A stretch of 24,000 nt of DNA from Falsibacillus albus. GTDB taxonomy: Bacteria > Bacillota > Bacilli > Bacillales > DSM-25281. A program made the translations under genes and the position numbers. Every line of letters starts with the position of its first letter. The first letter of the stretch is position 1. Location of the stretch: NCBI RefSeq assembly GCF_003668575.1, contig NZ_RCVZ01000001.1:501046-525045 (forward strand), written 5' to 3'. This document shows positions 18,080-24,000 of the stretch, in pieces. The notes beneath the pieces are model-generated. The model was given only the letters and a program-made list of their open reading frames with translations. It had not been told where the DNA came from and made no database searches.

Positions 18080-19366
18080 TTGAAATGGGATCTTTTTAGA
18101 AAAACAATTGGTGGAATTCTCCTTGTTTCACTTATAGCAATAGGGTTTATCAAACCGATTCATGAATATATTGATCTCCCCAAGAATGTGACGATGTTCA
18201 GCGGCGAACACCAATCATTTGCTCAGCCCCAAGCTGTGACAGCTACAGTCATGAAGGGGGAGAATGTCGCGGTCACAACTGAAAATAAAGGGATTACAGT
18301 ACAAGCGCAAACAGCAGGCAAAAACGAAGTACTAATGGAATTTGCAGGATTTCCGATAAAAAAAGTCAATGTAAATGTTTTGAAAGATTTTAAAGTGATC
18401 CCTGGCGGCCAGTCAATCGGTGTGAAATTAAATACACTTGGAGTATTGGTTGTTGGACATCATTTAGTTTCAACAGAACAAGGAAAGCTATCCCCAGGGG
18501 AAGAAGCAGGCATCCAGGTTGGTGACATCATAACAAAAATCAATGGCAAAAAAATAAAAAATATGTCAGATGTAGCTCCATTTGTGCAAAGTGCAGGAGA
18601 AAGCGGGAAACCGCTTCATGTTTCCGTTCAGCGTGACCATACGGTGTTTAATACCGATTTAAAACCTTTGCAGGACAAATCCGAAAAATCCTATAAATTA
18701 GGATTATATATACGTGATTCTGCAGCAGGTATCGGAACCATGACATTTTATGATCCAAAATCCCATAAATATGGGGCATTGGGCCATGTCATTTCTGATA
18801 TGGATACCAAAAAGCCGATTGTTGTGGAAGATGGGCAAATTGTCAGATCGACCGTCACCTCGATTGAAAAGGGAAGCAATGGTAATCCCGGAGAAAAGCT
18901 GGCAAGGTTCTCTTCTGATCGTGAGATAATAGGGAATATTGTCAGAAACAGCCCATTTGGAATCTTTGGGAAGCTTCACCACGGGCTCGATAATGGATTA
19001 TTGGAAAAGCCAATGCCCATAGCTTTATCGAATCAGGTAAAAGAAGGACCGGCCCAAATATTGACGGTAGTAGACGGAGATCAAGTGGAAAAGTACGATA
19101 TTGAAATTGTCAGCACGATACCGCAGAAATTCCCGGCAACCAAAGGAATGGTCATTAAAGTCACCGATCCGAAGCTGCTGGCGAAAACTGGAGGAATCGT
19201 TCAGGGGATGAGCGGAAGTCCGATCATCCAAGACGGAAAATTAATCGGTGCTGTCACACATGTATTTGTAAATGACCCTACTTCGGGATATGGCGTCCAT
19301 ATCGAATGGATGCTCCATGAAGCAGGAATCGATATATATGGAAATGATGAACATAAAGCGAGCTGA
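18080..19366 (+). CDS. spoIVB: SpoIVB peptidase (S55 family, PDZ domain)
   Basis: PDZ-like region [20 protein letters not shown] and catalytic-serine region [32 protein letters not shown]; position between recN and spo0A. Confidence 0.96.
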   Translation: MKWDLFRKTIGGILLVSLIAIGFIKPIHEYIDLPKNVTMFSGEHQSFAQPQAVTATVMKGENVAVTTENKGITVQAQTAGKNEVLMEFAGFPIKKVNVNVLKDFKVIPGGQSIGVKLNTLGVLVVGHHLVSTEQGKLSPGEEAGIQVGDIITKINGKKIKNMSDVAPFVQSAGESGKPLHVSVQRDHTVFNTDLKPLQDKSEKSYKLGLYIRDSAAGIGTMTFYDPKSHKYGALGHVISDMDTKKPIVVEDGQIVRSTVTSIEKGSNGNPGEKLARFSSDREIIGNIVRNSPFGIFGKLHHGLDNGLLEKPMPIALSNQVKEGPAQILTVVDGDQVEKYDIEIVSTIPQKFPATKGMVIKVTDPKLLAKTGGIVQGMSGSPIIQDGKLIGAVTHVFVNDPTSGYGVHIEWMLHEAGIDIYGNDEHKAS

Positions 19367-19371
19367 TGATG

Positions 19372-19405
19372 AAAAGCCGGGTGAAATAATCTCGGCTTTT
19401 TATTT
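19372..19405 (+). terminator. Terminator after spoIVB
   Basis: AAAAGCCG ... CGGCTTTTTATTTT. Confidence 0.8.
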
Positions 19406-19528
19406 TGCCGAGGCATACGGCGATATTTAGATGAGGCATCTTCAAGGTTTTTTTTGTGTAATTTTAAAATTTAACATGATACGACCTTACAATTCAAGAT
19501 TTTTTTGATAAAATATACATAAAGAAAA

Positions 19529-19535
19529 TTCGACA
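19529..19535 (-). promoter_or_regulatory. Candidate Spo0A box (0A box)
   Basis: TTCGACA = reverse complement of TGTCGAA, perfect 7-mer. Confidence 0.6.
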
Positions 19536-19630
19536 AATGCATAATGAATTACTCGAATAACGTCGAAAATAGAAGTAATTAAAAGAAAAACAAAGGATTT
19601 ATATATTTTTTTAGATTTTTTTAAAAAATG

Positions 19631-19659
19631 AGAGGATTTTCGGTTGCATTGTCGAAATT
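19631..19659 (+). promoter_or_regulatory. Sigma-H type promoter of spo0A with embedded 0A box (TGTCGAA, 19650-19656)
   Basis: AGAGGATTT (19631-19639), 11-nt spacer, GTCGAAATT (19651-19659), compared with consensus RNAGGAWWW-N11/12-RNNGAATWW. Confidence 0.8.
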
Positions 19660-19725
19660 GTCATTTACAATAATATTTAGACGAATATAAATATAGATCT
19701 TTATGAATTGAGGAGGAAACCTGTA

Positions 19726-20511
19726 GTGAAGAAGATAAAAGTTTGCATTGTGGATGATAATCGTGAATTGGTCGGCTTATTAGATGAGTACATTGCCTCT
19801 TTGGATGATATGGAAGTAGTTGGTGTTGCACACAATGGACAAGAATGCCTGCAGCTGTTGGAAGAAGTGAAACCTGATGTCCTTGTTTTGGATATCATCA
19901 TGCCCCATCTGGATGGATTGGCAGTTCTTGAAAAACTTAAGGAAAATCCTCGTTCATCTGTACCTAATGTCATTATGCTTACCGCATTTGGACAGGAAGA
20001 TGTCACGAAAAAAGCGGTTGAGCTTGGAGCTTCTTATTTTATTTTGAAACCTTTTGACATGGACAATTTAGCAAATCATATTCGTCAAGTCAGCGGAAGT
20101 TCTAATCCGATCATCAAAAAGTCTTCTTCAATGAAAAGCCACTCTGAACAAAAACCAAGGAATTTGGATGCCAGCATTACCAGCATCATTCATGAAATTG
20201 GGGTCCCTGCTCATATTAAAGGGTATTTATATTTAAGAGAAGCCATCTCAATGGTTTATAACGATATCGAATTGCTTGGTTCAATTACGAAGGTTCTCTA
20301 TCCTGATATCGCAAAGAAATACAATACAACGGCAAGCCGTGTAGAAAGAGCGATCAGACATGCAATCGAAGTAGCTTGGAGCAGGGGGAACATCGATTCA
20401 ATTTCTTCCCTATTCGGCTATACGGTTTCCATGTCAAAAGCCAAGCCGACAAACAGCGAGTTCATTGCCATGGTGGCAGACAAGCTTCGTCTGGAGCATA
20501 AAGCTTCTTGA
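19726..20511 (+). CDS. spo0A: Sporulation transcription factor Spo0A
   Basis: [23 protein letters not shown], phosphoacceptor context [14 protein letters not shown]-terminal effector domain [25 protein letters not shown]...[16 protein letters not shown] 19726 preferred: AGGAGG 9 nt upstream (track starts at TTG 19708). Confidence 0.99.
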   Translation: MKKIKVCIVDDNRELVGLLDEYIASLDDMEVVGVAHNGQECLQLLEEVKPDVLVLDIIMPHLDGLAVLEKLKENPRSSVPNVIMLTAFGQEDVTKKAVELGASYFILKPFDMDNLANHIRQVSGSSNPIIKKSSSMKSHSEQKPRNLDASITSIIHEIGVPAHIKGYLYLREAISMVYNDIELLGSITKVLYPDIAKKYNTTASRVERAIRHAIEVAWSRGNIDSISSLFGYTVSMSKAKPTNSEFIAMVADKLRLEHKAS

Positions 20512-20545
20512 AAGAGTGAGAATCAATAAAATATGATTGCAGCAT

Positions 20546-20610
20546 ATGCCCAGGAGGTCCATGGAATTGGCGAAAGTATTTTGCCGATTGGTGGTGCTGG
20601 GCATTTTTTA
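20546..20610 (+). terminator. Terminator after spo0A
   Basis: ATGCCCAG (20546-20553) pairs with CTGGGCAT (20597-20604), inner AATTGGC/GCCGATT pairing, followed by TTTTTT. Confidence 0.85.
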
Positions 20611-20705
20611 TTGGGACAGATAGGCATAATATATGAAAAATTCTCCGAATACTCTGTAATTGCTTTATACTGGTATGGAAAGAAAAATATGAAAGGGTCG
20701 GCAAA

Positions 20706-22250
20706 GTGAAAATTCATCATAATGATTATTTTTCAATTGATACAATTAACAACGATGTATTGATCACTGTCCAAAAAACAGGGTATCCTCTCTCTGCCTT
20801 CAATAATGTTCTGATGGAATTCCCGAGGATAGCCTTGGAAGATTTTCTATCCCTGAAAACGGCAATCACCAAGGCTGACTGCACCCAGCAAAGAATAGGT
20901 TCTTTGAAGGAAGAAGCCGAATGTTGGATCGAAGAGGATGAAATGATTGCATCTATTCAAGTGAATATGACCGAAAAGGATTATATTGAAAAAAAGGAAA
21001 GCATACAAACCAAAATCAATGAAATGCTTGCTGCAAAAGGAGTCGTTTTCGGGATTATGGAGGAAGCAATAGCAGGGCTGTCACCGATGAAGAAAATAAT
21101 AGCAGCAAAGGGTAAGGATGCAGTCCAAGGAAGCAATGCATCCATTTCATACAAGGAAAGACCGGAAAGAAAGCCGACGATCACTGCAGAAGGCAAAGCG
21201 GACTATTTTGATATGAATTTTTTGACGGAAGTAAAGGAAGGGGATTGCTTAGGAAAAAAAACACGTCCTACAAAAGGGGAATCCGGAAAGACTGTTATCG
21301 GTAGAGAAATACCGGGGCCTTCTGGAAAAGATCAAGAGTTTGTTTATGATAAGAAAACGATTGAACTTATCGATGAAGGTGAGAATTCATATTTGATTGC
21401 AAAGGTGAACGGTGTTTTGGAGTTCATCAATGGTAAAATTTCTGTCGGTCCTCATTTAATCATTGAGGGGGATGTCGGCTATGAAACGGGAAATATTGAA
21501 TTTGATGGTACGGTTACGATAAAAGGGACGGTTCAGCGCGGCTTTTCAGTGAAAGCTTCTAAGGATATAGCCGTCCATGGCGAGCTTGGGATTAGTGGAT
21601 GTGACCTGATTGAATCATACGATGGAGATGTATTTATTAAAGGAGGGCTCTTTGGAAGCGGAATTTCAAAGGTTGTAGCTGCACATAATATTTTCATCAA
21701 GCATGCCCATGAGTCCACAATGGTTGCCGGGGAAGACATCAGAATAGGCTACAGTGGAATCGGATGCATGATCATAGGGAAAAATGTTTTAGCTGATCAT
21801 AAAAAAGGGAAAATCATTGGTGGTGTCATTGAAGCAGAGGGAAAAGTGATTTCTGGAACGATTGGGAATAAGACAGAGATGAAAACGAATATTATTGTAA
21901 AAGGCTTCGATCGTTCAGAGGTGATAAGCAAAGTAAAGGATTATCGAAATCGTCAGAAAAAAGCCGAGCTTGCTCTAAAGGATGCAAGGAATGAACTTGC
22001 CCGTGCAGCAAAAACCGGCGCACATTCGTTACATAAGCTTATTTCGGAAATAGCAGATGAGATGGAACAAAACAACCGTGAAATCAAATCCCTGCTTTCC
22101 CTTTTGGACACGAAAGGAGAAGGGGAAATAACTGCGTTTCACGGTATGTTCCCCCAAACCTATATTCAAATCAAGTCTGCAAGAAAACTGATAAAAATGA
22201 TGACAAGAGGGACAGTTTATTTAAAAGAACATTCATTAAATTTTCTATAG
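20706..22250 (+). CDS. FapA / DUF342 family protein
   Basis: 514 aa with right-handed repeat-type core (GNIEFDGTVTIKGTVQRGFSVKASKDIAVHGELGISGCDLIESYDGDVFIKGGLFG...) and a C-terminal coiled-coil; typical DUF342 layout. Confidence 0.88.
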   Translation: MKIHHNDYFSIDTINNDVLITVQKTGYPLSAFNNVLMEFPRIALEDFLSLKTAITKADCTQQRIGSLKEEAECWIEEDEMIASIQVNMTEKDYIEKKESIQTKINEMLAAKGVVFGIMEEAIAGLSPMKKIIAAKGKDAVQGSNASISYKERPERKPTITAEGKADYFDMNFLTEVKEGDCLGKKTRPTKGESGKTVIGREIPGPSGKDQEFVYDKKTIELIDEGENSYLIAKVNGVLEFINGKISVGPHLIIEGDVGYETGNIEFDGTVTIKGTVQRGFSVKASKDIAVHGELGISGCDLIESYDGDVFIKGGLFGSGISKVVAAHNIFIKHAHESTMVAGEDIRIGYSGIGCMIIGKNVLADHKKGKIIGGVIEAEGKVISGTIGNKTEMKTNIIVKGFDRSEVISKVKDYRNRQKKAELALKDARNELARAAKTGAHSLHKLISEIADEMEQNNREIKSLLSLLDTKGEGEITAFHGMFPQTYIQIKSARKLIKMMTRGTVYLKEHSLNFL

Positions 22251-22264
22251 AGGGAAGGATTTGA

Positions 22265-22993
22265 ATGACACAAATATTTGCTCATAGAGGATCGGCGGGC
22301 ACGCATCCTGAAAATACAATGCAATCATTTTTTGAAGCTGAAAAAGTAAATGCTGATGGCATTGAATTGGACGTTCAGCTCTCAAAAGATGGTGAAGTCG
22401 TGGTTATTCATGATGAAACGCTTGAGAGAACCACCAATGGGAAAGGATTTGTCAAAGACTTCAATTTAAATGAATTAAAGAAACTGGATGCCAGCTACAA
22501 GTTTAAAACCTTCTTGAAAAAACCAACAATCCCATCATTGCGTGAGGTTTTGGAGTGGTTGACTGGGAATGGCCTTTTGTGCAACATCGAGCTGAAGAAC
22601 GGTGTTTTTCCATATCCGTCATTGGAGGAAAAAGTCATTTCACTTGTAAGGGAATATCAGTTGGAAGATAGAATAATCATTTCTTCTTTCAATCATTATT
22701 CCATTGTTTATTGTTACCGTCTCGCTCCGGAAATCCAGATTGCACCGCTTTACTCGGAAGGATTATTCATGCCGTGGGTATATGCCAAGTCAATCCATGC
22801 AGGTGCGATCCATCCTAAATTAAGGGCAGCACCCGATGAAATCATCCTATCATCAATGGAAAATGGGGTTGCCGTGAGACCGTATACGGTCAATAAAAAA
22901 GACGATATGCTGCGGCTTTTTCAAATCAACTGCTCAGCCATCATTACTGATTATCCAGCGAAGGCAATTGAATTAAGAGATGGAGTTTCCTAA
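22265..22993 (+). CDS. Glycerophosphodiester phosphodiesterase (YqiK-like)
   Basis: IFAHRGSAGTHPENTMQSFFEAEKVNADGIELDVQLSKDGEVVVIHDETLERTTNGKG, canonical GDPD motifs. Confidence 0.96.
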   Translation: MTQIFAHRGSAGTHPENTMQSFFEAEKVNADGIELDVQLSKDGEVVVIHDETLERTTNGKGFVKDFNLNELKKLDASYKFKTFLKKPTIPSLREVLEWLTGNGLLCNIELKNGVFPYPSLEEKVISLVREYQLEDRIIISSFNHYSIVYCYRLAPEIQIAPLYSEGLFMPWVYAKSIHAGAIHPKLRAAPDEIILSSMENGVAVRPYTVNKKDDMLRLFQINCSAIITDYPAKAIELRDGVS

Positions 22994-23017
22994 GCATGAT
23001 TGCGATGGACCCGGTAT

Positions 23018-23088
23018 CAAAAAAAGACTGATTGGAAAAACAATGCCTGGCGAGAGGCAGTTCGTTTTTCCAATCAGTCTGCTTTTTT
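23018..23088. terminator. Bidirectional terminator between the convergent GDPD and DUF2627 genes
   Basis: 17-bp perfect arms AGACTGATTGGAAAAAC (23025-23041) / GTTTTTCCAATCAGTCT (23064-23080), with A-run before and T-run after. Confidence 0.93.
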
Positions 23089-23331
23089 TTATCCCTTCTT
23101 TTTAAACCTATCCTGAACCTTATTGCGCTTCCGGTCGCGATAAAATATGAAGCCTGCAATAAAACTTAATCCTCCCAAAAAGAAGATCAACCCAGTCAGG
23201 AATTGCAGCCATAAAAACGGAAAAGGGTCCTGCAGGATGCCGAACGTCATGTCGCGCATAAGTTTAACACCAAGCACTGCTGCGATTCCGGGTATCACCA
23301 TTATTAGTAATGCAAAAATACGAATCATCAA
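23089..23331 (-). CDS. DUF2627 family small membrane protein (YqzF-like)
   Basis: 80 aa MMIRIFALLIMVIPGIAAVLGVKLMRDMTFGI..., two TM segments; convergent position between yqiK and bkdR as in Bacillus. Confidence 0.88.
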   Translation of the reverse strand: MMIRIFALLIMVIPGIAAVLGVKLMRDMTFGILQDPFPFLWLQFLTGLIFFLGGLSFIAGFIFYRDRKRNKVQDRFKKKG

Positions 23332-23458
23332 ATTTCTCCTTTATGTGCATTCAAAAAAATCATATCTCATGAGCAAAATTTGTCAAGTGAGTGATTTTTA
23401 GATAAAATTAAAAGGTATGAAAGATTTTGCACTTCTTTGATGCAAAGGAGGAAAAGAT

Positions 23459-24000
23459 TTGCAGGGAGTCCTAATTGTAGGCGCAGGAAAAGGCGGAATG
23501 GCCATTTTGAAAATATTGAAAGAATCTTCTGCACTGAAGGTGATTGCCGTCATCGACCCTAATGAAAATGCGCCTGGAATGATCTTTGCTAAAAATGAAG
23601 GCATCCAAACCGGAACAGATTGGTCATTATTTCTGGATGAATCAATCGATATTATCATCGAGGTTACTGGTAATCAAGATGTGTTCAGGCAAATTCGGGA
23701 TGCAAGAAGCAAAGACACTGTCTTGATCCCGGGCAGTGTGGCATATTTAATCGCTACTCTGCTGGATGAGAAGGAAGAATTGATAAACAAATTAACCAAT
23801 CAGTCATACTTTCATGACTTGATTTTTAATTCGACTGATGATGGTATGGTGGTCATCGATAATAATGAAATGGTGATCTTATTCAATCGCAGTGCAGAAC
23901 GGATGGTGGGCATAAAGCAGGGAGATGCTCTCGGCAAGCATGTGTTCGACGTTATTCCGACAAGCCAGCTGCCTCGTATTTTGGAAACGAGGCGAATGGA
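23459..24000 (+). CDS. bkdR: Sigma-54-dependent regulator, BkdR-like, N-terminal part (3' truncated by window; absent from the ORF track)
   Basis: TTG start 23459 with aaaggagg upstream; LQGVLIVGAGKGGMAILKILKESSALKVIAVIDPNENAPG... followed by PAS-like HDLIFNSTDDGMVVIDNNEMVILFNRSAERMVG; frame open to the window end. Confidence 0.87.
   Translation, partial: MQGVLIVGAGKGGMAILKILKESSALKVIAVIDPNENAPGMIFAKNEGIQTGTDWSLFLDESIDIIIEVTGNQDVFRQIRDARSKDTVLIPGSVAYLIATLLDEKEELINKLTNQSYFHDLIFNSTDDGMVVIDNNEMVILFNRSAERMVGIKQGDALGKHVFDVIPTSQLPRILETRRM

Noticed and set aside
20523-20720. 65-aa minus-strand ORF between spo0A and the DUF342 gene
   Set aside because: It runs across the spo0A terminator hairpin, with no RBS or recognisable domain.
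22944-23401. Short ORFs overlapping the DUF2627 gene on both strands
   Set aside because: The 80-aa minus-strand protein has clear family-like TM architecture and conserved synteny; the others are antisense or overlapping frames.

Overview
Chromosomal segment of a spore-forming Bacillaceae-like Firmicute, in the conserved order spoIIIA operon (AB-AH) - accB-accC-asp23-family - [51-bp tandem repeat array] - nusB - (no folD) - xseA - xseB - ispA - [OLE RNA] - OapA-like membrane protein - dxs - tlyA/yqxC-like - argR(ahrC) - recN - spoIVB - spo0A - DUF342/FapA-family - glycerophosphodiester phosphodiesterase - DUF2627 (yqzF-like, minus) - bkdR-like regulator (truncated by the window end). The main non-routine elements are: (1) a ~600-nt structured non-coding region (about 11627-12235) with its own candidate promoter and closing terminal stem, read as an OLE (Ornate Large Extremophilic) RNA with its membrane-protein partner gene downstream; (2) a 25.8-copy array of 51-bp repeats (6812-8126) forming a 495-codon open frame of uncertain coding status, with higher-order duplications; (3) a strong FapR-type operator overlapping the predicted start site of accBC; (4) a probable non-canonical ATT start codon for spoIIIAD; (5) a hairpin-containing intergenic region where folD is usually found; (6) clear SigH/0A-box architecture upstream of spo0A. 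No defence system, prophage, transposase or CRISPR array was recognised. All identifications are from reading the sequence; no database or folding software was run.
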